Origin: Spongospora subterranea f. sp. subterranea
Taxonomy: Eukaryota
Direction of reading: 5' to 3'
Assembly: GCA_049724395.1 (NCBI GenBank)
Contig: JAUGWO010000021.1
Coordinates: forward strand, 1 to 64,000
DNA: 64,000 bases
In this document: positions 1 to 11,004 of the stretch, piece after piece
Layout: every line of letters starts with the position of its first letter
How positions within the stretch are numbered: the stretch's first letter is position 1
Program-made: the position numbers and the translations under genes
Notes under the pieces: generated by a model
What the model was told of the DNA's origin: nothing
What the model saw: only the letters and a program-made list of their open reading frames with translations
Database searches by the model: none

Positions 1-700
1 GTAGACAGTCGGTACCCGACCCGACTATCCGCGGGTACCTGTAGTCTTTTTTCGAATTGTGGATATTGCGCTGTAATTTTTGCATCAATTCAAATAAAAA
101 TATCCTAACAAAAGATACGAAGCACATTAGGTAAAGTTGTTGTTAAAAAAATCGGTCATGGAATCTCATAGCGCCACGGACTGCGTGAGCTCGTCATGAT
201 TACCTGACTGTCTTGTCTGGAAACCTCAACAAACCTGAATGTGGATAAGTACCTCAGACTACCTTGCGAGGATCCAAGCCAAAATTTGCTCCAATACTGG
301 GGCACACACGAGAAACAGTTCCCAGGTCTGGGTGCTTTTGCAATGGATGTTTTGAGTATTCCTGGCTCCTCAGTATCCGTTCAACGAGTTGTTTATTGCG
401 GCCGCGACATAATTGGACTCCGGCGCCATTCTCTGAACCAAAGACATTGAGCGCGTTGATGTTGTGAAAAGCACACTTAAGCAAAAAACAACCTAGCGGT
501 TTTGAACAACTCTGTACTTCTTTCCTTGACCTTTTGTTTATGTTTGCAGGTTCACCAAGAACAGAGGGTCGCACCACATGCGCCAGTCGCGCAGTTTTAT
601 AGTCGGGTACCGGGTATATACCCGATACCCGACCAAAAACCCGGGTCGGATATCGGTAGTTGGCAGGTACCCGACCCGACCCGACCCGATCGGAGTCCTA
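1..700 (+). mobile_element. Non-autonomous hAT element, copy 1 (left end outside window), carrying a hAT C-terminal dimerisation-domain remnant
   Basis: Ends in CCCGACCCGATCGGAGTCCTA at 700 (TAGG-type TIR with CCCGA subterminal repeats). ORF 241-450 reads QYWGTHEKQFPGLGAFAMDVLSIPGSSVSVQRVVYCGRDIIGLRRHSL, typical of the hAT dimerisation domain. Near-identical inverted copy at 45059-45820. Confidence 0.9.
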
Positions 701-1650
701 CTTGACGCACGCCGACTGATGATTAACACCTGCACGTAAACAGTTGACAGACGCTGCGACATGTCTATAGCATATTTAAAAACACCTCCAGCAGCCCGAA
801 GATCATAGCCTGCTTCCATGAACTTGGTCATACAATCCGGATCTTTGCCGAAATGCAATCCTTTTCTGCGTAGGATTGACCTGGACAAGAGGCCAGTCGA
901 ATACGTTTACCAGGATTTGATCCCTCCATAATTTCCCTAAAATCTGATTGGATGGACTCTCAGTAATCTTATTTACTGTAGACGTGCAACAGCGAATAAC
1001 TTAGACAACGGTAAATTGTAGCCAGCAAAACTATGAATTAATTCACGCTCACTTGCATTCAAAAATTCACGTCAAGAGTTACTTGTTTCAGTCCACCGAC
1101 GGAAGTTATATTACAATTATCAATCTCGTGATTGTGGTCTTGGAAGCTGCTGCTGATAATGTATTTTGAACAAAGTCTATCAAAGGTAAAACTCATTGAC
1201 CAAGTACAAGTTGATTTTATCCCTCTTTTTTCCGTTTTGACAACGGGGTCCTTGAATGTGGAATAAAGATTTCCTTGCTGCCAGACTTTAACGCCCGGGC
1301 CATGGATCGGATGGGGATTTATGAAACAATGTGGGTTTACGCCAACCCGGACCCCCATGGAACGCGAGAGCTCCTTCACGGTAGACAGCATTACTTCAAA
1401 TGTGGCAAAGCGCGAACCGACCGCGATGCTTTATTCGAAGCTATGGTTTGGGATGGGCACTTAACAGCTTCTTCAACAGGATCGACACACCCGATTTCAA
1501 CAAGTTGATACGAGGGATCGTCACCAGCCTCAACACGATTGTCAGGATTTACATCTTGGTCAAGACAAATTTGAGTTGGAACAGTGCCATCAACACGAAG
1601 CGTCTCCGACAATCGTCGAAAAATCGAAGATAACCACATTATGCAGTATC
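701..1650 (-). pseudogene. Decayed MULE/FAR1-like transposase N-terminal region, cut by the hAT
   Basis: Minus ORFs 1059-1391 (CTWSMSFTFD...FQDHNH, FAR1/WRKY-like) and 538-888 (FGKDPDCMTKFMEAG). Similar peptides occur at about 15220 (FGNDKDAMTKFMELG) and about 58290 (GFDPDSMNEFMKFG). Confidence 0.55.
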
Positions 1651-1732
1651 CCTGTTACTACAAGATACGACACATGTCACCTTATACAGTCACTCACTAA
1701 TTTTCACTAATTTGAGACTGTACATAAGGTTT

Positions 1733-1800
1733 TAGAGTGGGGAGACTGGAATCTCTCCCCGCGGGGAGAAAACCCCGTCTCTCCCCGCGGGGAGAGAAGA
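1733..1800 (+). repeat. Probable DNA-transposon terminus (TAGAG start, two palindromic TCTCTCCCCGCGGGGAGA motifs)
   Basis: TAGAGTGGGGAGACTGGAATCTCTCCCCGCGGGGAGAAAACCCCGTCTCTCCCCGCGGGGAGAG; no partner terminus found. Confidence 0.4.
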
Positions 1801-1896
1801 CATTACCGCACATTGTCACCACATTTCACTTTTTCGTTACGGCGGGTCGCTCTATAAAAATCCGTGGCAATTCTGCGATCAATCTCCGTACAAATT

Positions 1897-2342
1897 TGAT
1901 GTTGATAGTTTTGAGCAACATGTCCTCTGCTTTTTCCCCATAGAGACGACAATTTCACGTCCGAGTTGGTGATATCTACGCCTGGGCCCCGATAAATTTT
2001 AAAGTTTTGCTTGGAGCTGCGTGAAAACTCTTTTTCAAAGGAAGCTTCCACCTGGTATGAAAAAATATGGATAAAATGCTTCCTGCGGACATTTTCTTTC
2101 TCAAAAATCCTGCAGGCATTTTACGCGGATTTTTTGATAGGAGGCCCGCCGTAACGTGAAGCATTTTATCCATATTTTTTCATACCAGGTGGAAGCTTCC
2201 TTTGAAAAAGAGTTTTCACGCAGCTCCAAGCAAAACTTTAAAATTTATCGGGGCCCAGGCGTAGATATCACCAACTCAGACGTGAAATTGTCGTCTCTAT
2301 GGGGAAAAAGCAGAGTCATGTTGCTCAAAAATATCAACATCA
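1897..2342. repeat. Long near-perfect inverted repeat (about 186-bp arms, 75-bp spacer)
   Basis: 1897-2082 is the reverse complement of 2158-2342 with only a few differences. Confidence 0.95.
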
Positions 2343-2637
2343 TGAATATTAAGCTTGGGCAGGTTGTGGACGCCGGTTGCTCTCAAGATCAGGTAGAATT
2401 CTGGCAGGGAATTTATGAAGATCTGCACGCGGTGTATCAAGAACTATCATCCCCCGTAGCAATTCTGCCTGAACGGATTGATCCCCTTCAGAGCAACATT
2501 CGAAACGTCATCGCAAGAGTTCGAGAAATTATCGGTCCAGGTTTGATCACGCCCTATATGCACGTTATGGAGGCACATGTCGCTGACATGATTCGAGCAA
2601 CACCCTTTAATTCCCTGGGGGCCTTCTCGTGCCAGTT
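2343..2637 (+). pseudogene. Fragment of a RAG1/Transib/Chapaev-like DDE transposase C-terminal core
   Basis: LITPYMHVMEAHVADMIRATPFNSLGAFSCQ parallels RAG1 [31 protein letters not shown] (two Zn-binding His, then the segment before the catalytic Glu). It is cut by an LTR at 2638/2650. Confidence 0.6.
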
Positions 2638-2727
2638 TGTACTACAGCATGTACTACAGCCAGCCCTTACTACAGTCCTCTGTACTCTCAGTCCTATAAC
2701 GACAAGATTATGTCCGTGTATAATAAA

Positions 2728-4972
2728 GGCGTCGGGTCCGTGGACACCCCAAATTGGTCGGTGGACACCCCTGGTACGCATTTTCTTATAAATCACACAC
2801 TTATACATTACAGTACCAGACGCCTTTATTCAGAAACAGTACCTACTTCAATTAACAATTGTTCGGCAATCACTTACAGCGACACCGCCCCTAATGGTAG
2901 TGAGTCTATCGAACTACATGATCGGCGATTGTGACCAGAGCGGCCACATAAACCACAAACACGTTGTCGTCGTTCTGCATTCTCGAAACCAGAAGGATCT
3001 CTTCGTGTCGAAGATACAGGACCCAACCGAGCGACTGACCCTTGAGGTCGTCCTCGAGCGGTAACTTGTTCTGGATTTTGAATGAAGTTGGTATCTCTTC
3101 GTATGCTTGTTAAAACGTTGACGCCTTCCTGTATAACTCGCTGGCGATGAGGTGGCAACGATTGGTAAGTTGCATCCAGTTCCGACAGAGCTTGAGCAAA
3201 CGTCTGTGGACTATCTTGTAGAGAAACTCCAAAAGGAATGCTCAGTCGCCAATGACAGTGAAAATCTTGGGGGTTTAGCACAGAGTTTTGTCGTATAAGT
3301 TTCTTTCATCATATGAGAACACGGAATTCCCATAGTCAGAAATAAAACATTGGAGCAATGATCGTCACCAGATAGCTTTTTTGCCTTCTCATATTCCTTG
3401 TGAGCTTTGCGCAGCGCAAACTGTGAAATCTCTCGGTTGACATTCCTCCAAAACGGGATTTGATGGGTCAGCAGCGCATTGGATTTGTCATACTCGATTT
3501 TTTGGGAAATAGAGTGGAGATGATGATCTACTGCTAAACAAATCTTGCTGTAAACACTTTTGAGGTCACCGGTGGATACCCGGATCCACGATTTCAGCGA
3601 TGAGTGCATACCTTCAACTCGAGAAGTTGCAGTGTTCCCAAAATGCAGATAATGTTTAGTCCAAGCGATAATAAACATCTCCTGATGAGGAAGCCATGTT
3701 TCCTTGAGGTAACTGATCACTGCAGCAGGATACTCCAATTCTAGGTTGGTTAGTTCTGTTTGAAAGACGGCTTGATCAACTGAGTAAATTACGTTTGTCC
3801 AGTCCCTCAAGAACTGCTGGAAAGTGTCGTTGTTCACGAAATGCCTTTTCGTCTTGGCTAGTACATTCTTCTGAATATGCCATATACATAACAATATGGT
3901 CGGGTTCGCAAACGAGAGTTCACTCCTGATGGCATTGATTAGTGCTAATTCCCGGTCAGTCACGTATACGTTTGGAAATGCGTCTTGACAAAATACATTC
4001 CGAAGTTGTCGCAAGGCCCATTTATAATCCTGTTCGGTTTCACTTCTCATAAACACGAAACAGATTGAAAAAGACATGTTAACCGGAGTGACGCCGACAA
4101 CGTGCAGTAAAGGCATCCGAAAACTAAGAGAACGGTTGAGTTTTAGCGGGAGAAGCAGGTAAAATTTTACCGATTGGTTTTGTAAGTAGCATCAATGAGA
4201 ACGGTATGGTAATATTGTCTCGCCAGTTTGATCGAAGAAGACGGTGCGAAGAAGAGATGAGTTATACGACGGTGATCGTCGTATTGGTAAGCATGCAATA
4301 CATTATCTGTGATTAACTGGTCTAGTAATGCCTCAATGGGGCTTCTTCCTGATAATTCTGATGTCCTTATTCGCTTGACAATATTGTAGACGTCCTGAGA
4401 AATCACGGCTATTCCAGGATATCGCTGACGCAAAGCGGCAATCATCGTTTTAGGCTGAGCACCAGCTTGATTCATATCGCCTATCAAAGCTTTCTGTTCA
4501 TCATTCAACGTCCGAGCTGAGGAAAATGTAGAACTTTCAGTGGCCGGCTGGTGGTTATGTTCATCGCAGATCAAGTTCAGCGACCATTTGGTAAGGTCAT
4601 TATTGGCTTGAATTCTTGCAGACCAGGGACAGTTCATTCTATTGGTACTCGTACATTTGATACGCGTATCGCTGTCGAGAAGCGGCCGAGAGTTGCAGTA
4701 GGATCGACCGTGCTGACAGACTAGCCATACCTTGTATATGGAACCGGAGCTGTTGCGTTTGGACCGACGTTTGTTAATATTGTACCCTGCTGCGTGCATC
4801 TGGCTTTTAAAGACTTGGAAGGTTTCCTCAACCGTTGACAAAAGAGAAGAGGATTCCATCGAGATAACGAGCTGTGATAACCTGAGTGGTAATGTATAAT
4901 TGTGTGATTTATAAGAAAATGCGTACCAGGGGTGTCCACCGACCAATTTGGGGTGTCCACGGACCCGACGCC
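2728..4972 (-). mobile_element. Mutator/MULE DNA transposon inserted in the Gypsy 5-prime LTR
   Basis: About 84-bp TIRs (GGCGTCGGGTCCGTGGACACCCC...) at 2728-2811 and 4889-4972. Flanks ATAATAAA/TTAATAAA match the single (G)AATAAA site in the uninterrupted 3-prime LTR. Confidence 0.95.
2874..4859 (-). CDS. MULE transposase (FAR1-like domain, DDE domain, C-terminal Zn knuckle); one intron, one frameshift
   Basis: ATG 4859. Intron 4170-4124 (GT..AG) joins IDATYKTNR to FRMPLL in frame. Motifs VTDRELAL, LLCIWHI, TSRVEGMH, CGLCGRSGHNRRSC. Frameshift near 3283. Confidence 0.9.
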
Positions 4973-5128
4973 TTAATAAATGACTCTTATTAGGAGCTCT
5001 TTAGAACCGTGTAAACCTTTGTTTTACAGACCTTCACCTATACCGCTGGCTTTACTTTCTAAAGTCAGTGCAAAACGTTTTTACTGGTAACCAACCGCTC
5101 GGTAGCTTTCTACTGAGGTTTAAGGCCA

Positions 5129-8100
5129 ATGGTGAACACTCGAGGCCACACTGATCCTGAAGTGGCTGATTCTCAGACAAACAGCTCTACAAGCGATACT
5201 GAAACTCCTACTATCAGTCAACTTGCTATATCTGGCAGATCGCCCGTATTTTTTCCTGTAGAAGCCCCCAAAACTCAAAAATTTTGATCCTAAATCAATC
5301 GCAAATTTCCTTCGACAACGATCCGCTTACGAGTCACTTGTCGCAGAACGCCGTCAGACACATGGCGAATCTATCACTGCAGTTTCCATCAAAAGCACAA
5401 TTGATCCTATTCGCCTAAAAACATTTGCAAAGTTTGAAATCGGTAAATCGCTCCAAGAGGTGACCGATTCATACATCAGTTCTCATTCAAAACAAATCCT
5501 GAAAGCCACATCCGTTTCTGGAGGCATTGATATTGACCGACGAATTCAGTCCGAAGTCATGATGGACATGCGACTAAAAGATCCTCAAGATCGCATTATC
5601 GCTCTTTTCTCCAAGATGGACGAACTTTTAGAAGACCTTGGGATCGCTGATTTATTCGTCGACGAGAAAGGCATAAAAAAGAAAATCAAATATCTCATCA
5701 ACGGTATTCGACCGAATAGTTTGAAAATAATGGTCGAACACGCTCTCGAATTTACCTCTGAATCGCAAACGGCCCGAAAAGACGAAGCCGCATTCTACAA
5801 ATTGGTTCTTTCCAAGGCGAAATCACAACAAGAAGTCCATTCCATTCAAATGGGAACATAAAATCGTAAACCAAATTTCCCCACAACTACAGGATCAACA
5901 AGATCACAATTTCCATCTCAACCAAGTACAGGTACATCTACATCTAGAGAACAATTCCAAAAACCCGCTACCTCTTACTCTGGGCGAACTACTAAAGGAG
6001 GACGTATTATACCGAAAGCAGTCTCCGAAAAATTTCTGTCGCGTCCACCCCCTATAAACGGTTGTTTAGTATGCAAGGGACCGCACTGGGTACAAGTTTG
6101 TGACACAGCGACGTCCGAACAAGTGAAAGCTGCCTACGACAACTTAAAATTGAAACCAAGAGAACCCCAGTTGAAAGCACTACATAACATATTAGAGAAA
6201 AACTTCATGGAGAGCGACCAAGTCACATTCCAAAACAAGATTTCATTTCCATTCGAACTAGACATTGGCGCGTCAAAGACGACGTTATCAGCCAAAATGT
6301 TGTCTTCGATATCTGCGTTAGCGCCTGTGATGATACGAACTCTCGATCCTCCGCTAACTTGCAAACTTGCTACCATAAGTCATTCGACGACGATGTCTAA
6401 AACCGCTTATCTCGATCTTACTCTTTCATTGCGGGCAGGAACCGTAAATTTTCGAAACATTGAATGCTATGTCACTGACGAGGACATGGACACCGTTTTA
6501 ATAGGTAAACCTGAACTTTTCAAGTTAGGAATCGATCCCGAAACGACTCTAAGCAACCAGCTTTTCGAGGCGCCGAATATTCGAATCGACGTTGAACAAT
6601 CATCCAAAATTACAGCAGCTGAGGCGTCTAAACCCCAACTTCATCGTTTCGTAGTCCAAGATGATCCAGGTGATGCTGATTATGAAATTGCTTTTGGAGC
6701 AGACGAAAAAACCGTAACTCGACAAAGCATCGACGAAATGATACAAAGAGCGGTCGATAAAGGATTAGACAAAGCAGATATACCAGCCCTCCAGAAACTA
6801 GTGTATCGGTACGAAGATATATGGCGAGGTAAGTTGGGAAGTGATCCTCCTGCAAAAGTCACACCACAGAAGCTACACTTCGCAAATGCTGATCAACCCA
6901 GTTCGTTGCAAAAATCGTCGTTATCCTCCTGCTTATCAAGACTTTATTCATCATCATACGCTATTGCTGGAGCAATATGGCTACATCTACCGTAATCCTA
7001 ACTCTCGTTACGCGTCATCAGCTCTAGTCGTTTCTAAACCCGGTGGAGGGTATCGATTATGCATCGATACAAAGGAAGTTAATCGAAAAATTGAGCCGTC
7101 GATATGGCCTATGCCACATATCGATGTCATATTAATGCATTTGAAAGACGCTGATTGTTTCTTCAAATTAGATGCGTTTAAGGGATACTGGCAGTTCCCA
7201 CTTCATCCAGATTCGCAGGAATTCTGTTCCTTTATGACTCATGAGGCAGTATTCACTCCTAGGCGAATTATTCAGGGCATAGTCGACTCCGTCTTCGTGT
7301 TCCAAGCTGGAATGCAAGAAGCACTCGGTGACCTCATTTATACCATAGTTCTCCTCTGGGTAGATGACATCCTAGGTTATGGGAAGCAATCCGCCCATTT
7401 AGCGAATCTCGAACGCACTGTATCGCGTTTGAACGACAAATCGATTAAACTTAATCCGCAAAAGTGCGAATTATTTTTGAAGGATGTCACATGGACAGGA
7501 AGAGTAATTTCAGCGAAAGGTATATCATTTGTTCCTCAGCTTATTAACCCTCTTCGTAATATGCCAATTCCAACCAACGCAGCTGATTTGCAACAATTCC
7601 TCTGCGCCCTAAATTGGATGAGAAACAGTATCCCGAAATTCACAGAACTGATCGGACCGCTACAAGAGTTGTTGTTGTTATGTCAAAGAAACATTGGCAG
7701 TTCTCAAAAAACGCAATTACGAAAGTTGAATTTATCCGATTCGCGATGGACTAGTGAGCATAAGATTGCTTTTGAACGTCTCAAAAAGGCCATCGAAAGT
7801 ATTGTCACGTTAGCTCATCCCAAGGACATCCGCATCTGACAAATTTTGGTCAGTCGTTTTGACACAAGTTGCGCCCGAAGATCTTTGTAAACCAAAGAAT
7901 GAACAAGATCACGAACCACTATGTTTTCTCAGCGGTACTTTCACCACTAACGCTTTGCGTTGGCCGATCATTGAAAAGGAAGCTTTTCCCATTATAGAAG
8001 GTTGTCATCGACTGAAACATTTTCTGCTGCGCGACAAACCCTTTTGCATTTTCACTGATCACAGAAATCTAGTTTACATTTTTGATCCAACGTCGAGAGT

Positions 8101-9780
8101 CGCCGAGACAAAGCGTCATACTGCTGACCGCCTAGCGCGTTGGGAACTACAACTACGAAATTTTAACTTTGTCATTGAACATATTGATGGTTCTGAAAAC
8201 CTTTGGGCGGACCTGTTTACTCGATGGGGGTGCTCATCACGTTGAACCTGTTCAAGCGAAAATATTAACCTTACGCTCAACTACAATTGTCCAACCACTT
8301 ACTAATCCAGATTTCGTTTGGCCATCTTTAAAAGAAATTTGTCAGGCTCAAGCGGATAACCTACAATCAATTCCTGAAAACACATATCAGTTCGATGAGT
8401 CGCTAAAGCTTTGGAGCAAAGCCTCTCCTCCGCATCAGATCTGGGTGCCTACCGAATCTCTTCGTTTGCGCATTTGTATCATTGCTCATTGTGGAATCTC
8501 AGGGCACCAAAGTTTCGAGCGGACAAAGGCAGCAATTTTGAAATTGTTTTCTTGGCCCTCAGCTCAAACATCCATTCAAAATTTTGTTGACAAGTGCCTT
8601 CATTGTGTGCGTTTGAAAGGAAAAGTAGTTCCTCGCCCTTTTGGCTATGCGACACACGGGTCTAAGCCAAATGACGTAATCCACTATGATTTTTTATTTA
8701 TCATGAAGCCAAAAACATCATGGTCGCACAAGTACGCTTATGTCCTTGTTGTAAAAGATGATTTTAGCAATTTTGTTGAAACTCATTCCATCGACTTCAG
8801 CCGATCATTCGGTTGTGGTATCCTCTTTGCTGGATTGGTTTAAGCGTTTTGGCATTGTGTATACCCATGTATCCGGTCAAGGCAGTCATTTTAAGAATCG
8901 TGTCCTCAACGAATTGTGCTCTCATCTACACATCAACCATCACTTCGTAACCGCGTATTCCCCCTGGGCGAACGGTTCCGTTGAAATCGTAAATCGTCAT
9001 CTTCTATCTATTTTTAAATCATTTCTATCAGATTTCCGCCTTTCGTTTGAAGACTGGCCGTCCCTCTTGCCGCTGGTGAATATGAGCCTAAATCATCGTG
9101 TCCGTCCACGAATAAGTTTCGCACCAGTTACGATCATGACGGGATTGGAACCGACAACTTTACTATCTACGCTATTCGTAGAATCTACCCGATCCATTTT
9201 CACAATACCAAAGTCTGCTTCAGAGATTTATGATGATACTAAGAGCCTTTCAGACGCCGTTGATCAAATTCATCGTACAGTTGATGAAAATGTTTCTAAG
9301 CAAAGACAGCAACGTCACGTCACGCTTCTCGAGAGAATCAAAGAAATGTCATACCGATTAATTTCGAAATCGGGGATAACGTTCTCGTCGCATACAACCT
9401 GTCTCGAAACCATCAGCACAAACTCGTTGGAAATTGGCGGGGTCCATTTCGTATTGTTGATTCTGTTAACAATTTTGTTTTTAAGGTACAAGACTATATA
9501 ACTCAAGATATAGCCGAAGTGCACGTAGCAAGAATGCGTTATTTCAATGATTCCAAACTAGAAATGACAGCAGATCTGTACAATCAGATTACCCACGACA
9601 GTTTCGGTTATCAAGTTGATCATTTCGAGGATCTTCGACTAAATCAAGAAACTAATCAGCCAGAAATCCTTGTGGCTTGGAAAGGGTTTGATGGTTACGA
9701 TTCAACTTGGGAACCTGTTACAAATCTCGTGGCAGATGTTCTGTATTACTTAAAGGTTTCTTGCGTGACAGGACCGATTC
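5129..9780 (+). pseudogene. Gypsy gag-pol polyprotein with multiple frameshifts
   Basis: Zn knuckle CLVCKGPHWVQVC (about 6063), protease LDIGAS, RT LDAFKGYWQ and WVDD, RNase H EKEAFP and FTDHRNL, integrase HHCC region and NGSVE, chromodomain LVAWKGFDGYDSTWEP. Confidence 0.92.
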
Positions 9781-10121
9781 TTTGTCACATTCATTGCTCG
9801 AATCTTTATGAAAGAGGGGAATGTACTACAGCCAGCTTTTAGTACTGCCCTCTACAAGATTATGTCCGTGTAGAATAAATGACTCTGATTAGGAGCTTTT
9901 TAGAACTTGTGTAAACCTTTGTTTACAGACCTTCACCTATACCGCTGGCTTTACTTTCTAAAGTCAGTACAAAATTACGAAATAAATATGTGCATTTTCA
10001 AACTAAAATACGGATTATTCTGTGATCACAACTTTTTTTTTCTAGGGGTTTTACTCGAGCTTCATTGTCTTGCGCATGACTCCATTTGGGCGTATATTTT
10101 ATTTTCGTTGAGACCGTTTAA

Positions 10122-10860
10122 ATGGTTCTCGAAGGCGCTACAATCAAGACAAAACGGGTCCTGACCACATTTTCGAAATCCGCCCGCGATCCACCGAGAT
10201 GCGTCGTTGGATCGATTGATGCGCTCAAATGCGTGCTAAACAAATCCCCAAACAATTTCCCGTGGCAACTTGAATTTTTCGCCAGGTTTCAGTCTTACGG
10301 CTGCTTGACCTGTCATCGTTCTTCGCGATATTCATAAAAAGCATTTCTTATGCGCTGCTTGAGGGGCTTGTTCACACAAAGGTCGCACAGTTGCATGACC
10401 GAGGTCATACCCGCCTCAACAAACGCGATAATAATTCGGCCTGAAGGATGCTGAAGATTATAGTTTTCCACCCAACTATCGATGACTTCATTGAAGTGTG
10501 TGTGCGATCGGTCCCACACGAACCCTATAGTTTTTAAAGGAAGCAATTCAACTACAATCTTCAGGAACATCACACCTGTGAGCTGCGTCATCAAGTGAGT
10601 ACTATTGAAGGTTAGAACAGATTGTCGGTAAGCTTTCCATTCGTGAAACAGATTCCCTCCGAATTTCCCCGTCATAATTCTGAACGGTGGTAACAACTGC
10701 GATGACCTCCGCCCTGCAGCGCCTACTATAATGAGTCCAATCTGTTCATTATCAATCGGGTTGATGCGCTAGATACCAAAGGGCGCTACGCACCGATCCT
10801 TAGTGGAATGAAACTGCATAAAGGTTTCATCTGCAGCGATTTCAATTTCTTGGATTTGAA
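10122..10860 (-). pseudogene. pogo-family DDE_1 transposase fragment
   Basis: AADETF near 10830, VWDRSHTH, AGMTSVMQLCDLCVNKPLK in ORF 10313-10696. Confidence 0.75.
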
Positions 10861-11004
10861 GATTTGGCAGATAGGAAGCGCATCGTTCTCAGCACGAGCT
10901 TTTCAGTCAATAGTGTACGTTTGATCTTGTTCATGATTCAAGCAACCCCTGAATATCCGTTATCCGTCATTGCCAACTTCGTGGTGCTCGTTGATTGTAA
11001 CGGA

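Larger units (their letters stand above)
2650..9971 (+). mobile_element. Ty3/Gypsy chromovirus-type LTR retrotransposon, full-length but frameshifted
   Basis: 3-prime LTR 9822-9971 (TGTACT...AGTACA) follows polypurine tract GAAAGAGGGGAA. 5-prime LTR 2650-2727 plus 4973-5072 is split by a MULE. Internal order gag-PR-RT-RH-IN-chromo. No clear TSD. Confidence 0.93.

Noticed and set aside
1803..2340. Duplicated peptide EASFEKEFSRSSKQNF as a gene pair
   Set aside because: It is a by-product of the inverted repeat and has no recognisable domain.
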